A stretch of DNA of 60,434 bases, the filler included, from Fonticula-like sp. SCN 57-25 (Eukaryota), in the NCBI GenBank assembly GCA_001724245.1. It is 5 parts of 5 records of this genome, joined end to end, with 100 filler letters (N's around TTAATTAATTAA, not from the genome) between each part and the next. Parts side by side here need not be neighbours in the genome. Positions count along the whole stretch, not along the records: positions 38,452 to 49,172 come from MEDX01000219.1; positions 49,273 to 60,434 come from MEDX01000220.1; 3 more parts are not named here. One strand, written 5' to 3'. This document shows positions 46,321 through 57,739 of this stretch, in pieces (the stretch's first letter is position 1; every line of letters starts with the position of its first letter). Under the pieces are notes generated by a model. It made no database searches and was not told the DNA's origin. It worked only from the letters and a program-made list of their open reading frames with translations. A program made the translations under genes and the position numbers.

Positions 46321-49172
46321 ATGGACCAGGTGCGCAGGCGGATGCGGTGGCCGTTTTAGTTTACAGGAGTCGCCTTTACTGACGAATGACCCTGTTTTTC
46401 TTTTTTTTACGTTCTTGTTATTGCTTTGGTTTATTATGCCGTGTTGTTTTGCCGCTTTCGCCCCTTTTCGCTGTGTCTTTACCGTTTCTAGTCGCCATCG
46501 ACCGGCCGGCGAGGCGCCCCGTACGGGAGCCCCCTGCGCTTGACGGATTTGAACGGCAGTGCGCCGGCCCGCCAGTCGGGCAGTCCCTCGACGTCTTTTA
46601 TTGGGAATACGCGCAGAGATGCCAGTCAGCTGGGGCAGTCGACGACGACTTCGCCATTCTCCTCGCCGATGAGCGTGCCATTGGTACGGCCGCGCGTGAG
46701 CCAAAGACGCATGTAGCTTACAAGTGCTGCCTTTAGCGCTCTGTTAGAGACTTTCGTCCGTCCCCGCTGCAAGCGGCGTCAACGTCGCCTAGTTATTTTG
46801 GCGCGGGGTTTAGCACTTCCCCGTACAAGCAGCGGGAAGGTTTGAAGCGTGTCAATGATGGCCTCGATGTACGATCCCGTGGCGAGTCCCATCGTGAATC
46901 ACTGACGGCCCTTGGTGCAGAATATGTCGAATAAGAGAAGGCAGTTGGCCGACGGCCGCGTGCTTACGTCTAAGCGTACGTTTTTTGTTTCGAATTTCCT
47001 CACTTCATGCTCATGCTGACGCCTGGTATGCAGCCGCTGAACGCGAGGAAGGCTACACCAGCGCGACGGCGAGGCGTATCCTTGAGACTCTTCAGATGGT
47101 GAATCCCCCGGCACCGCCGATTGCGATTCCCCCGCCGGTAATGCACCACCGCTCGCCATCCCTCTCTGTACGAAACGCACATGAATTTTTCGCCTGTCAT
47201 GCTGACGCACGCCGACGCAGCGGACGTCTCGCTCGTCCACTATGAGCGCCTCTTCCTCGGAGACCGCGGGCAAGGACGACGTTGCCATGGACTCCCCCTC
47301 TCCCCCTAAGACCACCGCGGCCAAGCCTTCAAAGACCGCGAGCCAGCCTCCTGCCGCGGCCAAGCCGACCCCTGCGCCCGTCGCTGTTTCTGTGCCCGAA
47401 TCGCCCAAGAAGCAGACAAAGGCAGGCGCTGCCGCCAAGTCGGCTGCCCCCAAGGCGCCGTCCAAGCTCGGCCGCTCGCAGTTTTCCGCTCGCTCTGACG
47501 ACGATGACGACGACGACGAGCCCGCCCCCGCGGTGGCCACCAAGAAGAAGCCGGTCGTCGAGGCCAAGAAGCCGGTCGTCGAGATCAGGATCCCGGCGGC
47601 CGAGGTGAAGAAGCCCGTCGCGGCGCCGGTCGCGCTCCCCACCACGCCGGTGCAGCCCAAGGCGACCAAGCCTGCGCCCGTCGCCGCCGCCACCGCGTCG
47701 CCGTTCGGTACCCCTTTGTCGACGCAGTCCCGCCCGGTCGTCGATACGGACGTTGAAAAGTTCAAGTTTGACGAGAGCCCGATGTCGACCCCCTCAACGG
47801 CGGAGGCGAAGAGCGCGCTGCTGACGCCCGAGTCGCAGCTGCCAAAGTTTGACTTTGGGGCGGCTGCCCGCGAGGCTCCTGCTGCCAAGGCGGAGGAAAA
47901 GACGTCGAGTACCCCGCTCAAGGCGGCCGACCTGAGCGGCAAGTGGACATGCCCGACGTGCATGGTGCCCAACAAGGATGTCGACCTAAAGTGCGTCTGC
48001 TGTGATGAGAAGAAGCCGGGCGCCCCGGCGGCCCCCAAGGCGGCCTTTTCCGGCCCCACATTCCCGTCCGCTCCGACGACATCCGCCTTTTCCTTTGGTG
48101 CGCCGACGTCGGGCACTGGTGCTGCTCCGGCCGATGCGACCAAGGCTGCGCCGCTCAAGGGGGCTGATCTGAGCGGCAAGTGGACGTGCCCGACATGCAT
48201 GGTGCCCAATAAGGACGATGATCTCAAGTGCGTCTGCTGCGAGGAGAAGAAGCCCGGTGCCCCGGCTGCCCCCAAGGCGGCCTTTTCCGGCCCTACTTTC
48301 CCGTCTGCGCCCACAACGTCCGCCTTTTCCTTTGGTGCGCCCGCTGCCGGCACTGCCGCCGCGCCCTCGTTTGGCGCTCCTGCTGAGCAAAAGTCATCTG
48401 CCCCTGCTGCTGCTGCCGCGCCGCTCAAGGGGGCCGACCTGAGCGGCAAGTGGACGTGCCCGACGTGCATGGTTCCCAACAAGGACGATGATCTTAAATG
48501 TGTCTGCTGCGAGGAGAAGAAGCCCGGTGCCCCGGCTGCCCCCAAGGCGGCTTTTTCGGGCCCCACTTTCCCGTCTGCGCCCACGACGTCCACCTTTTCC
48601 TTTGGCGCCCCTGCTTCCGGCGATGCCAAGGCGGCCGCGCCGGTCTTTGGCGCCCCTGCTTCGGGTGATGCCAAGGCCCCGATCTTTGGTGCGCCTGCTT
48701 CGGGTGACGCCAAGGCAGCTGCTCCGTCCTTTGGCGCCCCTGCTTCGGGCGGTTTCTCGTTCGGTGCACCCGCGCCAACCTCCACGTCGTCGTCGGACAA
48801 GGCCGCGATGGAGTTCGGTGTGAAGAAGCCGGCGGAAGAACCGGCCAAGGCGGCGATCGTTACACCCACGCCCGCGTCCCCCGCCGCTTCCCCGAGCCTC
48901 TTTTCCTTTGGCGCCGCGCCCGCCGCCGCGCCCGCCTCGAGCGACAGCCCCAAGTCGGGCTTTTCGTTTGGTGCCAGCACTGGCGACAAGCCCGCCGGCA
49001 CGAGTGCCTTTGGCTCGAGCGCCTTTGGGTCGGCTGCCGCCTCGCCGGCGTTTGGCTTTGGCGCTCCTGCCGCCGCTCCCGCCGCCGAGGCGCCCAAGGC
49101 GGCCACCGATGCGCCTACCGCAGCCGTCACGTCGGCGTTTGGAGCCGGCACGCCGCCGCAGAGCACGACGCC
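46321..49172 (+). CDS. NUP153: Nucleoporin NUP153-like (RanBP2 zinc fingers + FG repeats), cut by the contig end
   Basis: Spliced N-terminus contains SATARRILETL; three WTCPTCMVPN..CVCC fingers; FSFG repeats. Confidence 0.8.
47914..48610 (+). repeat. Three near-identical coding repeats (zinc finger + FG linker)
   Basis: Units start at 47914, 48151 and 48421 (CCGCTCAAGG...); differences are mostly synonymous. Confidence 0.95.
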
Positions 49173-49272
49173 NNNNNNNNNNNNNNNNNNNNNNNNNNNN
49201 NNNNNNNNNNNNNNNNTTAATTAATTAANNNNNNNNNNNNNNNNNNNNNNNNNNNNNNNNNNNNNNNNNNNN
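49173..49272. other. Artificial contig linker
   Basis: N-run + TTAATTAATTAA + N-run. Confidence 0.97.
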
Positions 49273-50238
49273 TGTCAACAGCAAGCAGACGCGTCTTCGC
49301 CGCGAGTACTTGTACCGCAAGTCGCTTGAGGAGAAGGATCGTGACACATATGAGAAGAAGAAGCGGATCCGCGAGGCGCTCGCCGATGGCAAGCCGATCC
49401 CCACTGAGCTGCGCCAGGCGGAGACTGAAGTGCGCCGCAGCATGCAGCTTGAGGCGGGCGACGATAGCGCACCCCACACGCACATAGACGACGAGTACGG
49501 CACGGCCGGCACGTTTGACCCCAAGATTGTCGTGACGTCGTCGCGCGATCCCAGCTCGAGGTTGACCCAGTTTGTCAAGGTACTTCGACACTGAAAGGGG
49601 ATTCGCATTGTCTAACGAATTTTGGAATAGGAAATGCGCCTTGTTTTCCCCAACAGTCAAAAGATCAATCGCGGTAACTATGTGTTGAAGGAGCTTGCCG
49701 ATGCCGCTCGCGCCAACAACATGACTGATCTGATCATTTTCCACGAGCATCGCGGCGAGCCCGACGGCATGATCATTTCTCACTTTCCCTACGGCCCGAC
49801 GGCGTACTTTTCTCTCCACAATGTCGTTCTCCGCCACGACATTGAGGACCGCGGCACTGTCTCGGAGCAGTACCCGCACCTCATCTTTCACAATTTCAAC
49901 ACCAAGCTCGGCGAGCGCGTCCAGAGCATACTAAAGTACCTCTTCCCCGTGCCCAAGGCGGAGAGCACGCGCACAATGACATTCGCCAATTCGAGCGACT
50001 TTATCAGCTTTAGGCACCACGTGTTTGCGATGACGAACAAGAAGGAGGTCGAGCTCATGGAGGTCGGCCCTCGCTTTGAAATGCGACGTACGCCAGCGAT
50101 GCTGATGCACGAGTGCCCTAACTTTTTTCCGCGCTAGTGTACAAGATCACGCAGGGCACGCTGGACATCACCGAGGCCGACGTCGAATGGGTGTCGCGGC
50201 CGTACATGAACACGTCCCGCAAGCGCGACTTTCTGTAA
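49273..50238 (+). CDS. IMP4: U3 snoRNP protein IMP4 (5' partial)
   Basis: [44 protein letters not shown]. Confidence 0.96.
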
Positions 50239-50321
50239 ACCTCTTTTCATTTGCTGTCATTCCCTGTACAAATGTTTACCTCAAAATCAATCACTTTATT
50301 CCACACATCGGTATCTAACAC

Positions 50322-51862
50322 TTAGAGCGTCTTTTTGTCGCTCGGCTCGCGCCCGAGCTTTTCGAGGAACGACACGTGCGACGCGATCGCCTGCCACACT
50401 GTCTCCTTTTCGTTGTAGGCGATGCCGTGCTCCTTGCACGTCTTCTTCACGATCGGCGCGATGGCCGGGTAGTGGTACTGGCTGACGCCGGGGAAGAGGT
50501 GGTGCGTCACCTGGTAGTTTAGCGCGCCGCTCGCAAAGGTCCAGAACCACGACTTGTGCCCATAGTCGAGCGCCGTGATAATCTGCAGCTCGGCCCAGTC
50601 AATGTTGACGCGCTTCGTGGCCGGGTCCATCTTGGGAAAGTTGATCGACTCGCCAAGGTGGTTCACCTGGAAAAGGACGGCAAGCCAGTAGGAAGACACA
50701 AAGTCGGCCACGAGGAAGAGGAGGACGACACGTGACACGGGCATGAAGAAGCACGGGATCACAATGCGGTAGGCGACGAAAAAGATCTTGCCCAGCCAAA
50801 AGACGGCGAGGTGGTAGGTGGTCGGCGGGTTGATGCGGATGACGCCGTCGGTTTTGAGGACGTGGAGAATGATAACGTCCTGGATGCGCGTCTTGAGGGC
50901 GAGCAGGCCGTAGAGGATAGGGACATAGACCTGCTGGGAGAGGTAGCGGCGGTACCACTTTTGGCTAGACTTGATGCGGCGGAAATCCTTGTCCTCGGCT
51001 GAGAGAGGACGTGAGCAAAGAGTTGCGGTAATTCACGAAAAAAACACAAAATACGCATAAAATCGCAATAAAATACACAAAAATACACAAAAGTCATCCA
51101 CTTTAGCATTCAACTATCGTACCGGTCTCGATGTCGGGATCGACGCCCTCGATGTTGGTGTAGGGGTGGTGCCCGAGCATGTGCTGGTACAGCCACACGA
51201 GGTAAGAGGATCCGTTCAAAAAGTCGTGCGTCGCGCCGATCGCCCGCCACACCCACGGCTGGTGCGTGTTGGCAAAGTGCGATCCGTCGTGCAGCGGCAT
51301 CAGGCCGAGCAAAGCGCAGCACCAGCCAAGGAAGAGCGCGCATGCGATCGACGGGATGAGATGCGTCGCGCCAAACTGAAGCTGGAGGTACCACGAGGCA
51401 AAGATACCGCCCCAGATGAAGAGGTAGCGCGCCCACATCCAGGGAGCAAACTTGGGGTCAATCTTGTTCTTGGCAAAGTAGTCGGCGACATTCTAGCATA
51501 TCAATCAGCGAGATGTAAAACAGAGCATATAGATGACGCACCTTGCGAACGGCGACCTGGAAGGCGCTCGGCTCGGGGAAGGACACCAGCTCGGTGTCGG
51601 CAAGGCGGCCAATGAGGTACTTGCCGAGGTACGCCTTTGCGGTCGACGCCTTGTGGTACGAATCGTACACCTGCGTGACATCGCGGCCTGCAGAGATCAG
51701 CAACACGTCAGCACCGCCGGGGTGCAGATCGATCCACTCGGTCACGTCGTAAACATAGCCGTGGATGGACACCCAGGCCGAAGAAGGCGTGTTGTGCTCC
51801 GCGACCTCCTTCCAGGTGAACGTGCGAAGCGCCGCCTCGGACGCATCAACCGCCGTCGCCAT
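50322..51862 (-). CDS. Front-end (delta-5-like) fatty acid desaturase with cytochrome b5 fusion, 3 exons
   Basis: HPGG, HDGSH, QHMLGHHPYTN, QVTHHLFP. Confidence 0.92.
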
Positions 51863-52641
51863 CGTGGTTCTGCCGCTGCGGCGGGAAATGAAATGCGGGA
51901 AATGGGGTTGTATCACGTGGCCGTTGATGTGTATCCACGTGGGTGTGGTTCAACGAAAAATGCTTGGCGCGACTTTTCCGGGCTGTCAAGGCACAAATTG
52001 ACACTCTTTTTTGTGTATAGTTGGCCTGGGAGGGGCGTAGGCGCGCTGTTGCTATGAGTTATCCGCTTTTCCTATCAAAACTTTCCGCATCCCAGGTGCA
52101 TCAGAGGCGCATCTGCAGCGAGTCCCCGACGAGCATGAAAGTGTCAAATTTGCTATTTCCAATCGACCAATCACATCGCGTCTAGTCACTCGCCTTTCCT
52201 CTTCGACATCGCGCGGTGCGTGCTCGGCCAGCGCTGCCCGTGAGACTTGCGGAGGCGGATCCCTGTACCCTACCCCGTTGCCCCTGCGCCCTTTGCGTCT
52301 GAGGCTCGGTTTTGTCTGTTGTACGTCATTTTAGACTCTTATTTATTATAGATGCTGCCTTTATTCGCCATTGGGTGTTGGACTTTTTGCGTCCGTTGTT
52401 GGGCCAATCTTTTTCACGCAATGTTTTTTGTCGTGTCTTGCTGCGCCTTTTCCTGCCAGTATTATTTGTCGTTTTGTCTTTCATGAAGCATTGCAATTAC
52501 GCGCTACGCTTGATGTGCTCTCTCCTTGCCAGTTGGCGGAGACCCTGCCCCTGACGCCTTGTTTACTAAACCACGTCCCTCTTTTTATAGGTTTGTTTTT
52601 GTTGGCAGCGAGCATCTCGAGTCGCCACCTTTCCTTTCAAG

Positions 52642-54231
52642 ATGAGCAGTAACCCGGAGACCGATGATCAGGAGCAGCTTGATGAGGAGCCCAAGAACAT
52701 CATCCTGAGCATGATCAAGCAGCTCAAGTATGGCATGGACCTGCACCGCATCACGTTCCCCACCTTTGTGCTGGAGCCGCGGTCCATGCTCGAGCGCATC
52801 ACCGACTTTATGGCGCACCAGGACTACATCCTTGCGTGCGTACTTTGTTTGTAATGCCTACTGGTTTCCTAACTGCGTGCTCGCGCGATCCCCAGTGTTG
52901 GCAAGGAGGATGACGCCGTCAAGCGGTTCACCGCCGTCGTAAAGTACTTTTTGTCTGGCTGGCACATTCGGCCAAAGGTTCGCGCCCTCGTGCATGCTTT
53001 TTCCCTTATTTTCTCACTGCTTTTTTTCTGCAGGGCGTGAAGAAGCCGTACAACCCCGTGCTCGGCGAGATCTTCCGCTGCCGCTGGAAGCTCGATGACG
53101 GCAGCGAGAGCTTTTACGTTGCCGAGCAGGTGTCGCACCACCCGCCGATCTCCGCCTACTACTTTGCCAACCCGACGCACCGCGTCGTGATCAACGGCTT
53201 CCTCGCCCCCAAGAGCAAGTTTCTCGGCAACTCTGCCGCGTCCATCATGGAAGGGCGGTCGAGCATCCGCTTCCTCGACCGGCCCGACGAGGAGTACATT
53301 GTCACAATGCCCAACATGTACGCCCGCGGCATTCTCTTTGGCACCATGATCATCGAGCTGTGCGACAACTGCACCGTCAAGTGCGAGGCAAACGACCTCA
53401 AGGCCGAGCTCGAGTTCAAGGCAAAGGTACGTTTGCAAACAATATGGGGGTATTGGAAGGCGCACATTGCAGTTTGCGTGTTGTGGATGTGTTTGTGGAT
53501 GTTTATGTTGATGTGTGTTTGTATACTTGTATTGTGTGTCATTCTACATGTATTGTGTGATATTGCACTTGAACATGTATTGTGGCTATTGCACGTGTAC
53601 ATGTACATGTTATTGTCCCATGTAATTTTCCGTGTATTGTTCCATGTATTTTATCATTGTACATGTGTCGATTTCCATGTTTTCTGACTGTTTTCTTCAG
53701 GGCTACTTTACCGGCACGTACAATGCCGTTCAGGGCAACCTGACGCGCGACGGCCACGTCATCTCCCGCCTTAGCGGCAAGTGGTCCGAGGAGCTTTACC
53801 TGCAGCAGTCGACGTCGCGCGACAAGGACGTTCTCTTCAACGCCGTCGAGTCCAAGCCGCTCAAGAAGATTGTCGCGCCCGAGAGCGAGCAGGAAGAGTT
53901 TGAGTCGCGGCGGCTGTGGACCAAGGTCACCGACGCCATCATTACGCGCGACCAGGAGGCCGCCACCATCGAGAAGAGCAAGGTCGAGGACCACCAGCGG
54001 ATGCTGCGCGCCAACCGCGAGGAGGACGGGACCACCTTTGTCCCGCGCTTCTTCAAGCTCACTGCCAATGAAGTCGACTGGGAGATGGTCGGGAATGTGT
54101 ACGCACGCGCGCTTGTACACACATACAAGAAAGTGAAAGCTAACATTACTTGGTGTAGACCGAACCCCACGAACGAGCATTTGACAAAGTTTATCTTTGA
54201 GGCGCCGCCGCCGCCGGCCGCACAGGAGTAG
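52642..54231 (+). CDS. Oxysterol-binding protein-related lipid transfer protein (Osh6/7-ORP5/8-like, ORD only)
   Basis: GMDLHRITFPTFVLEPRSMLE, KKPYNPVLGE, EQVSHHPP, ESRRLW. Confidence 0.92.
53427..53700 (+). repeat. Long intron containing a degenerate TG/AT-rich minisatellite
   Basis: Repeated ACATGTATTGTG..TATTGCAC and CCATGTA.TTT units. Confidence 0.6.
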
Positions 54232-54758
54232 AGTCCACAATCATTATGTTTCTCTTGGTTTTTGTTTGGGTTTTTTGGGGGGTCGGGCAGGAAAGCAGCG
54301 ACTGCCTGATATGATATACACGCCCGCCGATCTGGCACGATGACACTACTACCGTTTAATTATGATGATGTCGGCGCTGATCTCCATCATGCACGACTAT
54401 CCCCCTTGCTCTCTCCTCGTTTATTTCTTCTTTCTATATATCGTGGCCGTCGCGGTCTCCTTCTTTTGAAAAAATTTGAATGAGAGTTTTGACTGATCTG
54501 ATAATGATGCCTGATGTCCCAATACTGCCCATTTCGTTGGCTACCATAGAAACATCCAGATGATGCGCTGGATCTCGGCCCCAAAAGTGTTGTAAAACGG
54601 ACCGCAACTGGTTTGCAACGCATGCCGTGTGGCAGCATGGACCGTGTGCATGCCATGCCTACAGGAATTGTACAAAAAGAGTCACATATTTGAACCTATT
54701 TTTTTGCAATTTTTGAACGCGTGTCGCACATCTGCACAGTCATCAATCCACGTTGCCG

Positions 54759-56325
54759 ATGCTGCGGTTCGGTCGCGCGGCGCTGCAGGCGTCTGCGTCG
54801 CCGCACGTCTCTGTGCGCCGCGCTCTTGAGAGCTCGCGCCTTGGCTCGCAGGTGACGGTCGGCGGCTGGCTGCGTACCGTTCGGACGTCCAAGACTGCAT
54901 CCTTTGCCGAGCTTTCTGATGGCTCATGCTCGCAGTCGCTGCAGGTGGTGATGCCGCCCGCCTCTGCCGCCGGCCTCTCGACGGGATCGGCCGTGCGCGT
55001 GACGGGCACCATGGAGGTCGGCCCGCACGCGAGCCAGCGCTCCGAGCTGCAGGCGTCGCACGTCGAGCTGGTCGGGTCGGCGCCGCTCGACTACCCCCTT
55101 CAGAAGAAGCGCCACACGCGCGAGTACCTGCGCGACATTGGGCACCTGCGCCCTCGGTCCCGTCTGATGGGCAGCGTCATGCGCGTGCGCGACGCGCTCA
55201 TGCGGTCCGTGCAAAAGTACTTTGAAGGCCGCGAGTTCCTGCAGGTGCAGACGCCCATCATCACGTCGATCGACTGCGAGGGCGCCGGCGACATGTTTGA
55301 GGTCAAGGCGCCGGGGAACGAGGGGTACTTTGGCAAGCCCGCCTTCCTGACAGTGTCGGGGCAGCTGCAGGCGGAGATTCTCGCGTGCGCGCTGTCGCGA
55401 GTGTACACAGTGGGGCCGACATTCAGGGCAGAGAACTCGCACACACCAAGGCATCTCGCTGAATTCTGGTACGCGAGGCATGAAAATAGTGAGAGTAAAA
55501 GTGCACTGTGTTAGTCTATTAGAGCTTTTTAGGGCATTTTAGTGCACTTTTAATGCACTTTTATTGTCTTTCTTGGTTGTCTTCCTTTTCATTTTTCGAC
55601 TCTTCCTCACTTCATACCCTGTTACTCACATAATCTTCAGGATGCTTGAGGCCGAGCAGGCGTTCCTTTCCGACCTCTCTTCTCTCACCGACCTCATCGG
55701 CGGCGTCTACTGCGCAGCCATCGACGGCGTCCTCGAGACCAACAGCGACGACATTTCCTTTCTCCAGTCGCAATCCTCTTCACTTTCCTCTTCCTCTTCT
55801 CCGACGCCCGTTTTGCGCCCCCTTCGCGCCTCTTCCTTCCCTACTTTGACCTATACCGAAGCCGTCTCAATTCTGTCCCGCGCGACCGGCCGCACCTTCC
55901 AGTTCCCCCCGCGCTGGGGCGACGCCCTGCACCTCGAGCACGAGCAGTACCTCACTGACCACGTGGGCGGCCCTTTGTTTGTTGTTGACTACCCGCGCGA
56001 CGTAAAGTCCTTTTACATGCGGCAAAACGACTGCACGGAAGGTCGCGAAACGGTCGCGGCGGTCGACTTTCTTGTTCCCGGCATTGGCGAGCTGGCGGGC
56101 GGCAGTCTTAGGGAAGAGCGACTGGACGTGCTGGCCGGGGAAATGGGGCGGCGCGGCATGGACACGGCGCAGTATGAGTGGTACCTTGACCTGCGGCGGC
56201 ATGGGACGGTGCCGCACGGCGGGTTTGGGATGGGCTTTGAGAGGCTGGTGATGGCGGTGAGCGGGATTGAGAATGTGAGGGACGCGCTGCCGTTCCCGAG
56301 GCACGCGGGAAGGTGTCTTTTTTGA
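54759..56325 (+). CDS. NARS2: Mitochondrial asparaginyl-tRNA synthetase, 2 exons
   Basis: Targeting peptide, YPLQKKRH, DCEGAG, FLTVSGQL, PTFRAENSHTPRHLAEFW, PHGGFGMGFER. Confidence 0.95.
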
Positions 56326-56689
56326 GGTCGCTCCAAGGGACCGGCATGTACAGAATAAACTAGATTGATGTCATGAAGATAAGAGTAAATGACCATATGG
56401 GCAACAGAAATGCGTATATGACCATTCATAAGAGCGCATGATACACTAAATAGTAGAGCACATGGCACAAGTATCAAGCATATTTTGATGTTGTTTATTG
56501 AGGTACATTGATAGGGAGGTAGTATATTTGCAAACAGAATGGAGGGGGAACGGCAACGACTGTATGTAAATGGCACAAGATATTTTGGTGAGGAAACAAC
56601 GAGAAAAGCAAAAGAATATGCGCGACAAATGTCGCGCCTCTTTCTACCCTCTCATATATCTCCTCTTTTTAAATTATTACGCGGTTCGG

Positions 56690-57343
56690 CTACCGCTTGC
56701 GGACGACACCGACGTCGGCGACGCGGAGCGGCCTGTCGTGGATCATGTAGCCCTCCTTGTGGACGAGGCCGACTGTCCCGGGCTCGAGCTTGTCGTCTTC
56801 AATCTCAAAGAGCGCGCTGTGGAACTCGGGGTTGAACGGCTTCCCGAGCGACTCGAACGACTTGATGCCGTGGCGGCCAAGGATCTTGACCATTTCGCGG
56901 TCCGTCATCGAGACGCCCTCGTGCAGGCTCTTGAGCAGCCCTTCCGCCTTGAGCTCCTCCGCGGGGACCGACTTGAGCGCCATGGCGAGCGTGTCGGCAA
57001 CGTCGAGCAGGTCCTTGGCAAAGTGGCTCACGGCAAACTCCTTGTTGGTCTGAATCTCCTTGCGGGCGCGGGCACGCACATTCTCCATCTCGGCGAGCGC
57101 GCGAAGGTACTTGGCCTCGGACTCCTTCAGCTTGGCCTCGAGCGCGGCAACGTGCGAAGCCGACACATCGGGCGGAGTCTGCGCGGCGGGCTCCTCGACC
57201 TTTGTCTGAGCTTCGCTGGCGACCTCTGATGACGATGACGAAGAAAGGAAAAAGCGAGGGGCGACCGAGGCGGCGGACGGGCCGCGGCGCGCGAGGGCGC
57301 CGGAAGACCGCACTGCGAGAGAGCGGGCAGACTGGATAAACAT
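56690..57343 (-). CDS. GRPEL1: Mitochondrial GrpE/Mge1 nucleotide exchange factor
   Basis: YLRALAEMENVR, FAKDLLDVAD, FNPEFHSALF, GYMIHDRPLRVADVGV. Confidence 0.93.
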   Translation of the reverse strand: MFIQSARSLAVRSSGALARRGPSAASVAPRFFLSSSSSSEVASEAQTKVEEPAAQTPPDVSASHVAALEAKLKESEAKYLRALAEMENVRARARKEIQTNKEFAVSHFAKDLLDVADTLAMALKSVPAEELKAEGLLKSLHEGVSMTDREMVKILGRHGIKSFESLGKPFNPEFHSALFEIEDDKLEPGTVGLVHKEGYMIHDRPLRVADVGVVRKR

Positions 57344-57544
57344 TGTGAACGCGGGGAGGGCCACTGGTACGCGGACGCGGTGCTTGGTAATCCCGGTTGG
57401 TTGACCGGGCGGGCAGTGGTTGAAGCAGGTTCAAGTGCGATTCAGAGGTCTACGTGGCAAACATGTGGTAAGTTTGCATTGCAGTTTGCACTCAAAATTG
57501 CGGTCTGTTCGTAAACACTTGTTGGAAGCTCGAACGGAGATGTT

Positions 57545-57630
57545 GGGGTTGTGGCGCAATGGATAGCGCACCGGTCTTCGATCCTTTTGAAGCAAACCGT
57601 AGGCTGCAGGTTCGAGTCCTGCCAACCTCG
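57545..57630 (+). tRNA. tRNA-Arg(TCG) with a 13-nt intron (57582-57594)
   Basis: Acceptor GGGGTTG/CAACCTC, D-arm GCGC/GCGC, anticodon TCG at 57578-57580, T-arm GCAGG-TTCGAGT-CCTGC; intron TTGAAG pairs with the anticodon loop. Confidence 0.93.
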
Positions 57631-57633
57631 TTC

Positions 57634-57640
57634 TTTTTTT
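57634..57640 (+). terminator. Pol III terminator for the tRNA
   Basis: T7 run just after the discriminator base. Confidence 0.8.
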
Positions 57641-57739
57641 GTCGCCAAGGCAAAGTTTGCAGTTTGCCGGCGATCAATCAATCAATCGACTCGTCACGAG
57701 GACCAACACGCGCGCCGCCTCGTCGCCGACACGCTCGAC

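Noticed and set aside
47914-48610. Repeats as a CRISPR-like array
   Set aside because: In-frame protein-coding zinc-finger repeats with no unique spacers
46899-49166. 755-aa antisense ORF, and other long shadow ORFs such as 15302-16492 and 20039-21124
   Set aside because: Stop-poor mirror frames of GC-rich genuine genes, with no motifs of their own
54280-54575. Possible C/D snoRNA or SECIS element (TGATGA, CTGA, hairpins) downstream of the ORP gene
   Set aside because: Box spacing is inconsistent, only a 9-nt rRNA match (TTGGCTACC) without an adjacent D box, and no in-frame UGA upstream
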